From positions 1 to 64,000 of the forward strand of contig NW_003314281.1 in the NCBI RefSeq assembly GCF_000143415.4: a DNA stretch of 64,000 nucleotides, given 5' to 3'. The notes under the pieces were generated by a model, which was given only the letters and a program-made list of their open reading frames with translations, ran no database searches and had not been told where the DNA came from. Shown here in pieces: positions 1 to 12,158 of the stretch (the stretch's first letter is position 1; each line of letters opens with the position of its first letter). The stretch comes from Selaginella moellendorffii. Its lineage: Eukaryota; Plantae; Lycopodiophyta. Made by a program: the position numbers and the translations under genes.

Positions 1-414
1 TGTGCTTAGGATTGGCCCTTGACCCACCATTTATGTCTGTTAAGAAAGAACACCCCCGAGGTGATATGGGTGTTCTACTTGCATCCACACTCACTCGGCA
101 ATTCCCGATATCTGTTCCAGTTTTCACTGATTCAGAGATATCAAAGAACCCTTTATTATTTGTAAATGTTGAATCACTGTCTCCTAGACAAACCAGATTT
201 ACCCTGGCACCTAAAAGATTTAACAAGATTAAAAAGAATTCAAAAGATGGGATGAATTTCTGTTACCCAAGATGCCAGTCTGAGAAAGTGAACCACAATT
301 AGTACAATAAACATAACCTTCCACTTTGATACTTGTAGTGGCATCACAAAAGTTCTCATTTTTCAGAATGACTACAAGCAATAAAATTAAGTAGAGAAAT
401 GATTTGTTTTCCAT
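1..414 (-). CDS. Pollen Ole e 1-domain / proline-rich cell-wall protein, copy 1 (runs off the window start)
   Basis: ATG at 414, exon 1 414-267 (signal-like MENKSFLYLILLLVVIL..., VEGYVYCTNC), GT-AG intron 266-211, exon 2 GARVNLVC.... Near-identical inverted copy of the gene at 22596. Two 1-nt deletions within the first ~20 nt relative to that copy (frameshift or edge error). Confidence 0.75.
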
Positions 415-1249
415 ACTTAGTACTTGGTAATATGAGTGTAAGAAAACAACCTTATATAATAAATCTCCTGCACATTTAGTCAAAAAATATAAGGTAAAAC
501 TAATAAGTTGATAAACTGATAACACTTTTTTCAAACCCAGAGTGATCTTCTAAATTTATTTTTTATTTTCTATATTTGTGTGTTGTTGGAAGAGGCATTT
601 CTTTTCCAACTTTAACCAATAATTTCGGCAGTACTTTTTGTTACTTTGAAACAGAAAATTAAAACTTTACATATGAAACAAATTGATAAGTTTTATTTAC
701 TATAGATTAGACCTTTCAAAAAATAAGTAGAGCTATTTAAACAGTATATACACACTCCATGGTAGAAGCACACCTGCATAGTTGCATTCACAAGTTGCCC
801 AGAGGAAGTCTAATTAGTGTTATCCAGGTGCTTATTCTGGTGTAGTACATAATGCCAAACATCTTTTTAGTGTTGAAAGTTTCTAACCTATGTAATTCTG
901 TTGATAACTAGATTCAGTTCTAGTTTCATAGTTAAAATGCAAGAAAACTTGGCTACTTACTTATAACCTTGATCTCTTATTATATGCTTTGAGAGAATCA
1001 TATCTAAACACATATATGCAAATAAAAAACCATAATCATCTAGTTTTCATGTATCTCTCACAAAATCCATATGGTTAGAATAAAAAAAAACCATACATTA
1101 AATGAAAACCATACTTTTAGGCTAGATGTGATCAGTACACTTTCAACGATTTCTATAGTGAATTGTTGATGTGATCCAAAAGAGTTGTTTGTACAAGAAT
1201 AGTAGAGAAAACCAATTACATGGGTGCATTGGACAACTTAAAATCTCAC
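1..1249. repeat. Left arm of a ~1.2-kb inverted segmental duplication (partner 21832-23011)
   Basis: Reverse complement matches 21832-23011 nearly base for base, covering promoter and gene 5' end, apart from one ~70-bp indel near 1066-1145. Confidence 0.9.
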
Positions 1250-1779
1250 TCTAACTCAACCAATATTCAAAGATGTTTAAGACACTTTCCAGTTTTCCCA
1301 CCTCTCTATCAATGTATATTCATTTTTGCATAGGCCTGTTAGCAAGCTTCCATCCACATATAATAACATCTTTGAACTACCACCTCTTGTCAACTTAAAA
1401 CAAAAGGGGATAAAAACCAAATAGAACATCTATAACTAATGCAAGATGAAGATCACAAATTTCCAACATTTCAAAGGCATAATATCCATGGTTCATTGTA
1501 GTGGATATTTGGATTATGTGAATGAAGTATGTAATCAAGAGTGTGGTAAAAATTCCATATTTTTTTAAGGATTTACAATCAATCCTTCCATCTATGACAC
1601 CATTGGAGTTAAATTCAAGTGTTGATTTTGAAGAATGCTCCATTGTGTGGTTCCATCTATGGGGCCAAGATATACTACTTTCTTCCATGGGATGGAAATG
1701 TTGGTAGAGTTATAATACATATTGGCATGTGCACACATCCAATGCAAAAAGAGATACAAAGGACCATTTCAAAGATGCA

Positions 1780-4241
1780 ATGCAAATAGTTGCAACTCCG
1801 AAGCATGTTTAAGAGATAGTGCTGAAAGATTTTATCACAAGCACCCTACTCGATCTGGGCTGCAAGAAGACTCAACTAGATGAGGCTAACTTGCGGGAGT
1901 TATTACAATATGTGCAAGCCTTAGGGAAAATAATATTACATATTTTTCAATAATTTCTTTCTTATATTTTGTTTTATTTAGGATAAAATTTTGGATGTGT
2001 GAATATTGAGAGGGGAAACTCTAGTTATATATCAATTCTATTCTTGAACTAAAACAAACTTATCCTTACGAGTTTATCTATCAGAGTTTATTCCTAGATC
2101 AAGTTGTTAGTGAGTAGGAGTGCCCTTTCATCTTCAAAATCTTTATTATAGGCCCCGTCTATAGTATAGATTTTGTCTCTCGAATGGATATGTCTAGGTC
2201 GAATGATTTTACTAATGCATGGATACATTTTGACTATATGGAGAGGGTACAGGTTGGACAACCATGGGAACTAATGTGTATGATCCAAAACAATTATGTT
2301 TTTTCATTGCCTTAAAATGGTTGTAAGTATTGCCCTTTTCATAGGTTACACCTTAACATCCTTAAGATGCTTGAAAACATGAGGAACACTTTTCCCTAAT
2401 ATCCCTTCTTTGATCCCCACTAAATCCTTTTTTGTCTATGGTTATCCTAATAACTTAACAATTGCAATAACAAAGTTTCAAATATAAAACTAGATGGCTT
2501 AGGAAATATTTTGGACGTCCATTTTTAACATTGTATTGAAGTGGACTAGTAAGCCTGCCAACTTTTGCAATTTCATGGAAAATGGGGCTAAGGCTAATTG
2601 GAATAGCATCCAGCCAATTTTTGGGAATGGTCAATCTGGAAAGTTGTGAAAGGACTTGTGAGTTTTATTGGGCTTAGAGCCTAAACTAGCACAACCACTT
2701 TATCAAGCCAGTTTTCCAATTAGCATTTAAAGAATTGTGCAAACAATGCTAGGTTGTACATTCTGAAGAAGAGCATGAGACAAAATCAAATAAGATTCAA
2801 ATGTGATGGTGTGAAGATGGCCATACAGACATAAATTATTTACCACAACTTGAGTCATAATTGGGGTGGTGAAAAGTTAAAATGTTCCAATGGGGGCATC
2901 ACTCTTTTTAGGTTGGTTTTTTTTTTTATTTCTCTTTTTATTGTTTTTTAATATCAATTTTTTCAAGGACCAACCATTTAAGGATTTTGCATACACCCGA
3001 ACTGTGAATCTCTCAAAGAGTAAGCATTGGAGCTAGTGTTCTTTTGAGACATGAAAAGGGAAGAAAAGTCTATACGAAGCATGTCTATTGGATTTGATAC
3101 ATACTATAGAGAAGTATTCAAAAACCTTGGCATTTGAGAAAGGAAGATACATGGGAGCAGGACCTTCAGTTAAAATGTTACACGATCAAATGAAGAAGAA
3201 AGTGACTCTACCAGTATGAACAGTGGCAACTACAATGGAGGAAGTGGTCTACAACACATCTATGGAATACACTCCTCGGGTTTCTATTGGTGACATGAAT
3301 ACTATCCATTTAAAATGTTGTTTTTCTTTTGTTGATGAAAAAATTGGTACAAACATTGGAGCAAAAAGCTCTTACAGGCCTAATATTGAGTACCATTCTA
3401 CTTGAAAACACCACTTCCAGACCAAGCCACCTCAAATGGTTAATGAAGAGAGTGTATCACAACAAATTAAAATCACTTACTATAGTGTGGAATTGAAGCA
3501 ATGGGCAATTCGTCATATGCTAGCAAAATCCAATGTAAAATGTGTGGGAATACTTCTGAGGGGTAAGTGTTAGGCTTGGATCCGTGATGACAAGTCTACT
3601 TTTATTCCAGCCCTATGTTTCTATGAGGAACAAAAGCAAGCAAGATTTTCGAGATAGTGCTGGCTATATTGTTACAACACCAATGCTAACTATACAAAGC
3701 AGCTTGAAGACACTATAGTGACTAAACCTGATGTAGTACCTAAAGAATGGTTGCTAATGGGGTTGTACTCATCTCAGATAAAATTGAAAACCATGAGAAA
3801 TCTTGTTTCAATCTTGAGAGGAGAATTGAAGATATAAGAGACCGAACCAAGACTATTCCCACAGAGATGTATAAAAGGCTAGCAAGAAAAGGTAAGGCAA
3901 TTAAATTTATTAATACCATCTCCAAGCAAAAGCAGGGTAAAATAAGTTTACCTCAAATGCTTGAGTGTGAGATTCTCTACACAAAGTACATCATTATAAT
4001 TTCAAAGGAATACATAATCAAAATAGAAGGTAGAGAATACATAATTGCTATTCAAGACTTTCCTTCTTGCAAATGTCTAAACTTTATGAAACGTGAGGAA
4101 CATGGGAAAGTATATACTCTTTACAAGCATATGTATTATATCTTTATCAACATCTTACACCAAAATCCTAAAGTGAATATTTATATGCACCAAGCAAGTT
4201 TTACCATTACTAAGTTGCAGAAGACTTTTGGAGTTAACTAG
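1780..4241 (+). pseudogene. Highly degenerate SWIM-zinc-finger transposase-like (Mutator-like) remnant
   Basis: ORF 3747-4241 has Y-x-I-x-I-xx-FPSCKCLNF...LYKHMYYIF, a decayed SWIM CxC...CxH motif. Upstream DNA looks like coding sequence broken by stops. Boundaries are approximate. Confidence 0.4.
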
Positions 4242-4961
4242 ATTTTCCAAGACTATTGATGTTTATTCTCTATCAATAATATAAACTTTTTAGACTTTAT
4301 ATAGTTAATAAAATACATTTTTTCATTTCATATACTTGCAAATATTCTTTTTGCAATACTCATGTGTCTCCATTTTTGTTTTTACCATCTCAAAAAATAT
4401 TTCATGGTAGTCTTTTGGGTGTGTGATATTGTAGTGTATCGCATGAATATATATACCATTATATTGACCATCGCCATTGTTTCCACCAGAAACCAAAAAA
4501 CATATAGGGCATTTCTTGAAAGTCATGGAATTGCACTTTTTTAAAACAAATAGGACAGAATTCTTTTTCACCTAATTTGTTGCACCCTTTGTCATTGCAT
4601 TTATCTCCAACTCATAATCACTATCTCCATTATCCTTTCTTTTTTTCTCTTGTATTGAAATAAAACAAGAGTTAAAATTACTAATATTAGAATTCACATA
4701 TGTTTATGTATATTCCCCTCTTTTCGAATAAAAGTGTGATGTAAACTCTTGAATTTGGACTTCCTGAAAGGTTACCCAACCTAGTATTATTTAAACCCAA
4801 GGACACTTAATCCCATATATCCTAAGACCATTAACCAATTGAAAAAGGGGATGTACTTTTATTTATAAGTTCTTTCCCCCTATATTTAAACTTTATGAAT
4901 CATTTCTCAAATTGTTCTCTTTGATTACTTATAATCTACCATATTTTCACTGAGTGAAAAT

Positions 4962-5037
4962 ATATATAAACTAGGGTTTTTGGGCTAATTGATATGCACA
5001 TTTTCTGTATTCCCTTTCCATATTCCAAGCACTCACA
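4962..5037 (+). repeat. Family A 5' LTR (3' half only)
   Basis: Matches the 3' part of the LTR at 21557-21731 and ends in CA immediately before the PBS. Confidence 0.85.
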
Positions 5038-5038
5038 T

Positions 5039-5058
5039 TGGTGGAGATGAGGGGCATC
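5039..5058 (+). promoter_or_regulatory. Primer-binding site of family A, tRNA-Ala-like
   Basis: TGGTGGAGATGAGGGGCATC lies 1 nt after the LTR. Its complement ends ...CATCTCCACCA, typical of tRNA-Ala 3' ends. Identical PBS at 29313-29332 (-). Confidence 0.75.
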
Positions 5059-5271
5059 TTTGATTGTCCATGAGGAGTGCTTAGATTTGGGATTTTGGTT
5101 TATATCTAGCTTTTTGCATTGTCTAGATCTAGCTTTTTCCATTTCCTTTCTTTTGTTCTTTCCTTTTAGGATTTTGGTTTAGATCTAGCTTTTTGCATTG
5201 TCTAAATCTACCATTTCCTTCTAGCTTTTTGTCATTTATCTTCTTTTGCTCTTTCTTTTTCATTTGTCTTC

Positions 5272-7431
5272 ATGGCAGATTAGCAATCTCCTCCTTTGAC
5301 TCTGGAGCAACAGTTGGTACAATTGCTTGATGCTATATGCTTTCAATTGAACAACCAAACTCAGTTGATGGCAGCATTCATAGCACGTGGTACAACTCCT
5401 CCTACTCTTGGTGCCAATCCTCACGTTCGGCTAAAGTTCTTTTGCAAGAATCCTAGGGATGATGTGTACCATTGGTTCGATCACTTCACAGTGATTGCCA
5501 CATATCATTCTTGGGATGATGCTTGATGTTTGTATGAGTTTCCCACGTGTCTCCAAGGGACGGCATTGCAGTGGTAGAATGGTTTGAGTACAGCCACTCG
5601 TGGGGATTGGAGTGTTCTCTTGGATGTCTTCAAACGCGCCTTCGGACACGCCGATGACTGTGATGATGCCTTCCAACAATTGCATCATCTTCACCAAGGG
5701 CCATTTGAGTCGGTGATGCAATTTGGCGTTCGTTTCTGAAGTCTTTTACTTCGTGCGGAGCCAAATATGTCGGAGCAAGATCAAGCTAGGAATGTTGTAG
5801 CCAACACTTCATCAAGATCTTGTCGGACTTGTGCATGCACTTGCTCCCCCCACCCTTGACAATGCTCTTCGCTTGGCATAACGTTATGAGATGTCGCCTC
5901 TTCCACTTCTCGCTACACGTCCTTCAGCTCCACTTCTTATAGGTGATGGTCCTGTTCCAATGGAGGTTGATGCTGCTGCTACTCATGTCCAAGGACAAGG
6001 GCAAGGACGTGGTCGTGGCTGTGATATGTTGTCCGTGTGATGAAATTAGTCATACTTATTGGCGTTGTCGGCATTTTCTAGATTGGCAACCTCCATTTTT
6101 TGGGTGGAGACCTTGGCATTAACAACATCCCGTTGGTGCTACTGTAGTGGAAGGTTTGGACACCGAGATGCATCCGGGAAATGAGGAGTCGCGCGAGTAA
6201 CGGAGTGACCTTGTGTGAATAAGTTAGTGACCCTTCCATCTTTGTTTCGGGAGTATAATTAAGGGGTTCACTCGGCACCAGTTCATCCAGTGTTTACTTT
6301 GCAAGCTCATTTTTATAACAAGAGGTCTCCTATTATTCTCTCTGTGTTGGTTGATACAAATTCGAGTTTATCTTCTATTACTCGACCTGTTGCCACACGT
6401 TGCCGTCTACACTTGTGTCGTGCGGCATAACCAGTTTTCATTCTTTATAGCAATGACACATATGCATGTGCACAGGACAAGGCGGACCTAGTTGTGCGTG
6501 TGGGTGATCTCGAGCTTGAGTTGCAGTCATTGCGGGTGGTGCCGAGTCAAGCTTTTGAACTCATTCTTGGTATAGATTGGTTGTAGCGCAATCATGCCAA
6601 CTGTGATTTTGAGGCTTCTCCCCCTTGTTTCATACTTCCTTATATTTCATTCATTCCTCTCACTTCTGTACCTCTTCATCCATCTACTTCTACCTCTACT
6701 TCCATTACTTTTGTTCCTTCACTATTTCCTCTGTTTCCGTCTTGTTCTACTCTTCCCTTTTCCAATCCCTCCAACAATCTTTGTGTTGCAGCGGTTAACC
6801 GGCTTATGAAGGAGTATTCTGATCTCTTTGAATTTGACCTATCATCTGGGGCCAAGATTGCCATACGTCATCTGATTCCAACTGGGGATGCTCGTCCAAT
6901 CAAGGTTCCTATTCGTCATCGGTCACCCAAGGAGATCAAGACTTTACATGCGAACGTAAAGGAGATGTTGGAGAAGGGTGTTATTTGGAAGTTGCGGAGT
7001 CCTTGGGCATGTGAGCCTCATCTTGTGATGAAGCCTAATGGGAGTATTTGTTTCTGCATCAACTATTGTCTGTTAAACAAAGTGACGATCCCGAATGTGT
7101 ACCCTCTTCCTCACACTATTGATCTCTTGGATTGTCTGGGGCGAAATCGTTGGTTCACCAAGCTGGATGTTGCTTCTGAGTACTAGTAAGTACTAATGGC
7201 CAAAGAAGATATTCCTAAGACTGCTTTTGGTACACCATTTGGTTTGTATGAGTTCTTGATAATGCTGTTTGGTTTGAACAATGCTCTAGCAACCTTCTAG
7301 TGGATGATGGACGAAGTTCTTTGTGATATGCCAGAGGTGACTGCTGACTTCATTGATGATGTTTTGATCCACTTGGAGGGGACGTGGGAGGAGCACGTTC
7401 GTGATGTTTGTAAAGTGTTGGATCGGCTACA
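5272..7431 (+). pseudogene. Family A gag-protease-RT (N-terminal part), with stops and frameshifts
   Basis: Gag fragment (FFCKNPRDDVYHWFDHF), GDGPVPMEVDA motif, degenerate protease LVDTNS, RT fragments (SPWACEPHLVMKPNGSICFCINY, FIDDVL). Confidence 0.88.
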
Positions 7432-8587
7432 TGTAAGGAACTGACTCCCCGAGATGTCGTAGGCTAAAGGATCCCCGAAAGCATGACCAAAATGACAAAG
7501 AGTTCATCGGATGGGACCGAGTCGAAGATCAAGTCCAAGACCGACTCTGAGACCGAGTTCGAGATAGAGTTCGGGATCGAGCCGAGGCCGAATCGGAGAC
7601 CGAGATCAAGACCGAGTTTGAGACTGAGTTCGAGACGGAGTCCGAGATCCAAATCGGGTCCGAGACCGAGTCCGAGGTCAGGTCTGAAGTCGAGTCCGAG
7701 ATTGGGTCCGAGATCGAGTCCGAGATCGAGTCCGAGACCGAATCCGAAGTCGGGTCCGAGATCGAGTCTGAGATCGAATCTGAGACTAAGTCCAAATACT
7801 ATTACGGGTCAAGGGGTGAAAGCCCAAAGCATGCGTCTCCCAGGGGGGGGGGCTGCAAGGGGTTCCAAATGTATAGTAGGGATAGTGAGGTCCAGGAACC
7901 AGTGTTGAAGGAACTCTCCAGTGGTGCTTCCAAACTGACTTGAGGTTGAGACTGGGGCCGAGGGGCCTTGGGTGGGGGTGAGCATGGGCTTGGGTGGTGC
8001 CGGAGGGGCCACCCAGGGAAGTGCTCAAGAGCAGCTCCCACTCTTGAAAGGGAAACCGACTGCGGTGCTCCCGGCTCATGTGAAGTGGTGCCCCACTTGA
8101 GTACTTTGTGGCTCATTGGTCCTTGCCCTTCCTAGGGGCTTGGGCCTTCCCTTTGGGATGGAAGTGGGGGGGTAGAGGTACCCATACTGGGCCGTTAGGC
8201 CAAAGTGTTTTGCCCCGATGTCCTGAAGCAAGTGTTGCACCTAAGGCTTGGGATTTAGAGGGTCCCATGATCAAGTCTTGTTGTACCAAGGAGTGTTAGG
8301 AACCTAGAGGCTTGGTGTGCTTGGCTGCTTGTGCCTGCGGGGAGTGTAGCTGAACCTTAAGTCCAATCTAACTCGGGGAGGGGGATTGGGAGAGATTTGG
8401 GAATCCGTGGATGGATGGCTAACGCTACGTTGCTCGTGCAGTGAGTAGCTGAAACCAAGTAGGACCAAGTAGGAGCTGGTACAATAGGTGGGAACTTTGG
8501 CGAGGGAACTTAGCACAAGCCAAGGCAGTGTTGGTCGAATAGACGAGGTAAGTTGGCAAATTGGAAAGGAAAAATTTGTGGCTTACA
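7432..8587 (+). repeat. Family B 5' LTR (1156 bp)
   Basis: TG...CA ends with TGTAAG/CTTACA inverted termini. Internal 12-bp tandem repeats (CCGAGATCGAGT-like). Matches 18140-19293. Confidence 0.95.
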
Positions 8588-8613
8588 ATTTGGTATCGGA
8601 GCCTCTTCCTCAG
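8548..8613 (+). other. Candidate 66-nt U2 intron spanning the U5 end and PBS of family B
   Basis: GAG|GTAAGT donor, CTTAC branch-like motif 8582-8586, CCTCTTCCTCAG acceptor. Ends 33 nt before the gag ATG (8647). The donor is also present in the other two LTR copies. Confidence 0.6.
8591..8602 (+). promoter_or_regulatory. Primer-binding site of family B (tRNA-iMet type)
   Basis: TGGTATCGGAGC, 3 nt after the LTR. One change from the canonical plant TGGTATCAGAGC. Confidence 0.85.
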
Positions 8614-8646
8614 TTCTAGCGAAGGATAGAGGCGGATTGCTGGGAG

Positions 8647-9200
8647 ATGGCAAAGGCAGGGCGTAAGCGAACCCAGGCAGAGACAGAACCTCCGCCAGAG
8701 TTGGAGCCTCCGGTTGAACAAAAGGCTATGGATGAGCAATCCTTGCATGAGGAGGACTCTAGTGAGGAAACTTCTAAAAAAGAGTCTGGTGGCGAGGTTC
8801 AGTCGTCCAAGGCTCGATTGGACGTTCTAGAAGGACAATTGGTGCAGACCAATGCCTTGCTAGAGACTCTTGTATGCAAGATAAAGCGTGACGAGAAGCG
8901 GAAGAAAAAGAGAAAGACTGCAGATGCAAAACTGAGGTATGTGATCCAGTCCCTAGCTCAAAGTTATTCATTAGACGAGCAACTTTGGTAGAGATTTGTT
9001 CGCGACATTTACTAGCCCTCCGAGGGAAGCTCGGAGGCAGCTTTGTTAAGATCCTTATTGACACGGGTGCTTCGGATAATTTTGTAGCTGCAGAAATAGT
9101 CCGGCAAGCTAGACTAACGGTGCAGCGGCTAGGCAAACCAAGGACTATAGAGTTTGTTCAAGGTAGCCAAAACACCGATGAGGTACTTCGACAAGCGAGA
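8647..9200 (+). pseudogene. Family B gag N-terminus plus aspartic protease (no capsid visible), truncated by insertion B'
   Basis: ORF 8647 is acidic with a coiled-coil and basic stretch. ORF 8985 contains ILIDTGASDNFV. Confidence 0.8.
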
Positions 9201-9893
9201 TGTAAGCCACAAATTTTTTATTTCTAATTTACCAGCTTACCTCGTCTATCTGACCAACACTGCCTTGGCTTGTGCTAAGTTCTCTCGCCAAGGTTCTCGT
9301 CTATTGTACCAGCTCCTTGGTCCTACTTGGTTTCAGCTACTCACTACACGAGAAATGGAGTGTTAGCCTTCCATCCATGGATTCCCAAATCTCTCCCAAT
9401 CCCCCTCCTCGGGTTAGACTGGACTTAAGGTTCGGCTACACTCCCCACAGGCACAAGCAGCTAAGCACACCAAGCCTCTAGGTTCCTAACACCCCTTGGT
9501 ACAACAAAACTTGATCATGGGACCCTCTAAATCCCAAGCCTTGGGTGCAACACTTGCTTCGGGACATCGAGGCGAAACACCATGGCCTAATGGCCCGGTA
9601 TGGGTACCTCTACCCCCCCCCCCCCCCCGACTTTCATCCCGAAGGGAAGGCCCAAGCCCCTAGGAAGGGCAAGGACCATGGACCCGCAAAGTACTCAAGT
9701 GGGGCACCACTCCACATGAGCCGAGAGCACGGCAGTCGGTTTCCCTTTCGGGAGTGGGAGCTGCTCTTGAGCACTTCCACTGGGTGGCCCCTCCGGCACC
9801 ACCCAAGCCCATGCTCACCCCCACCCAAGGCCCCTCGGCCCCAATCTCAACCTCAAATCAGTTTGGAAGCACCACTGGAGAGTTCCTTCAACC

Positions 9894-9945
9894 CTGCTTA
9901 AGGAACTCAAGATCAATTCATTTACAGGAATACATGCATTTTTAC
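9894..9945 (-). other. 52-nt GT-AG intron just before the GPY/F motif of B'
   Basis: GTAAAAATG...TTCCTTAAGCAG, identical to 17304-17355. Confidence 0.82.
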
Positions 9946-10363
9946 CTTTGGGTCAACTTCCGGCTGATCCCACTTGGTAGCCTGAGGTTCTTGGTGTTCA
10001 GCCACACCTTCTCCCTAGCTTGGAACTCTACATCCCGGTGCTTTTGGTTCGCGTACTTGGTTTGCCTTTGTTGAGCCCGTTCCAAGGAATCCCTCACTAG
10101 ATTCCAAATGTTAAGTCTTTCCGCCGTGAATGCCTCCACTGTGGGTAGCTCTCTATGATACTCGGCCACGCCGAGTTCCACAGGACCTTCAATAGCTCAC
10201 CCATTGATGACTTCCCATGGACTCACCCCGATACTCGAATGTGGTGAGTTGTTATAACATATTTCCGCAAGTCCCAAATGACTTACCCAATCGATCTGGT
10301 CTCCCGAGACATAGCATCGCAAATAATCCTCCAACTGCCTATTCACCCTTTCCGTTTGTCCGT

Positions 10364-10410
10364 CTGTCAAGAAGTGTTAGTGCCACAAAACTTAACTTAA
10401 TACCCCATAC
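10364..10410 (-). other. 47-nt GT-AG intron in the integrase core of B'
   Basis: GTATGG...CACTAACACTTCTTGACAG with a CTAAC branch point. Removal restores AYHPQTD|GQTERVN. Unspliced, it gives a stop and a frameshift. Confidence 0.85.
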
Positions 10411-12158
10411 CTGTCTGTGGGTGATAGGCTGTGCTGAATTTCAACTTGGTACGATACTGTTCCAGAAGAGTCCTCCAGAACCTACTCGTGAAGATCTTAT
10501 CTCGATCTGAGATGATCTCTTCCGACCTTCCCCGCACTCGAACCACTTGTTCGAAGAACAGCTTCGCCACACCTTCCGCATCCACTTCTGTTGTGGTGGG
10601 TATGAAATGTGCCATTTTTGAAAATCGGTCCACCACCACGAATATCGCATCAAACCCCTCGCTTGGGGGGAGTCCTGTGATGAAGTCCATTGTAAGACAT
10701 TTCCACGGGCAATCTGGAATTGGGATGCTTTGCAACAAGCCCCCACTAGCCTTAGTCACGGCTTTGACATGCTGACATGTTGGACATGTCTTTACATAGT
10801 CTTGGACATCCTTAGCCATATCTGGCCAATGGTACTTCCTCTTGAGTAAGCCCATCGTCTTGGGCACTCTGCCGTGTCCCGCAAGAGGTCCATCATGACA
10901 CTCTTCTAAGGCTACCTTCCTTAGTTCCCCTTCTGGAACATACACCCTCGTTTGCTTGTAATAGATGAGTCCGTTGCGTTCCGCATAGACCATTTTCTCT
11001 TCCATTGGCAGCTCACCTCTCTGGTGAGCTTCCCGTGCCTCTAGATTCCTCAGCAACACTTCTTGTGCTAGACCATCGTTTTCATATGTTGTCCGCACAT
11101 TATCCCAAAAGGTTGCTGTCACACTGGATATTGCCAACCTCAAGCTCGCTTTTCGACTTAGCGCATCTGCCACAATGTTGCTCTTCCCAGGCTTGTACAG
11201 AATCTCGCAATCAAACTCGGCCAAGGCATTGGCCCACCGACCCTGTTTCCCTCTCAGGTCGGGCTGTGACAAGAAGTGTTTCGTTGCCACATTGTCCGTG
11301 TAAACCTCGAAGTGTCTCCCAAGGTAGTGCCGCCACTCCTTGAGCATATTGACCACCGCAAACAATTCCTTCTCATGGGCAGGCCACTTCCTTTGAGCCT
11401 TGTCCAACTTCTTTGAGAAGAACGCTAATGGATGGTTGTCTTGCTTCAAAACTGCGCCCAACGCAAAGTCCGAAGCATCTGTTTCTACCTCAAAGTCCTT
11501 ACCAAAGTCTGGTAATGCCAACACGGGAGCCTTCCTCAACTTCCCTTTGAGGTGGACGAATGCCGCCTCACATTCCGCTGTCCATACCATCTTCCCTTTT
11601 CCTGTTTGGTCCGTTAAAGGTAGGGCTACTCTCGAATAGTGTCTGATAAACTTTCGGTAGTAGTTGCATAGCCCCAAGAATGCCCTCAACTCATGTACAT
11701 TTGATGGTCACTCCCATTCCTGGATCACTTGGACCTTCTCCGGGTCCACCTTGAGCCCGTCCTGGCCCACCACATGCCCGAGAAACTTTACCTCTTATTG
11801 AGCAAAGTCACATTTGCTCTCTTTAGCATACAGTTTGTGTTCCCTTAGTTTCTCAAACACCTTCGCCAAGTGTTCGGCATGCTCCTCTAGCGTCTCTCTA
11901 TAGATAAGGATGTCATCGATATAGACAACCACATCCAGATAGGGTACAAAGATGTGGTTCATCAGCGCCGAAAACGTTGCCGGCGCATTACATACCCCGA
12001 AGGGCATCACCAGAAACTCAAAGCTCCCATACCTCGTTCGACAGGTTGTCTTCTCGACATCTTCCTCGGCTACCCTGATCCTGAAAATGGGGGAAAATGT
12101 CGCTAGCGAGATCATCGGATTGAAGATCGTTTCTGATTGCATCCATCAAGGAGGAGTC

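Larger units (their letters stand above)
9201..12081 (-). mobile_element. Second, inverted and deleted copy (B') of family B: RT-RH-INT plus partial 3' LTR (9201-9892)
   Basis: The reverse complement of the LTR end starts exactly at 9201. ORFs 11795-12142 (YIDD) and 10397-11689 (RH, HHCC, DDE core) are near-identical to 15781-17307. A deletion joins the end of intron 2 to mid-LTR. Confidence 0.92.

Noticed and set aside
5039-5058. Possible tRNA-Ala gene
   Set aside because: Only the 3' ~20 nt including CCA are present, next to an LTR. It is a PBS, not a tRNA gene.
7540-7790. Regular short repeats resembling a CRISPR array (also 15615-15720)
   Set aside because: Head-to-tail 12-bp or 26-bp tandem units with no unique spacers, inside eukaryotic LTRs, with no cas genes.
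10280-10290. GG|GTAAGT donor-like site in family B integrase (also ~16980)
   Set aside because: The frame reads through as conserved integrase (DQIDWVSHLGLAEICYN), so no intron is needed.
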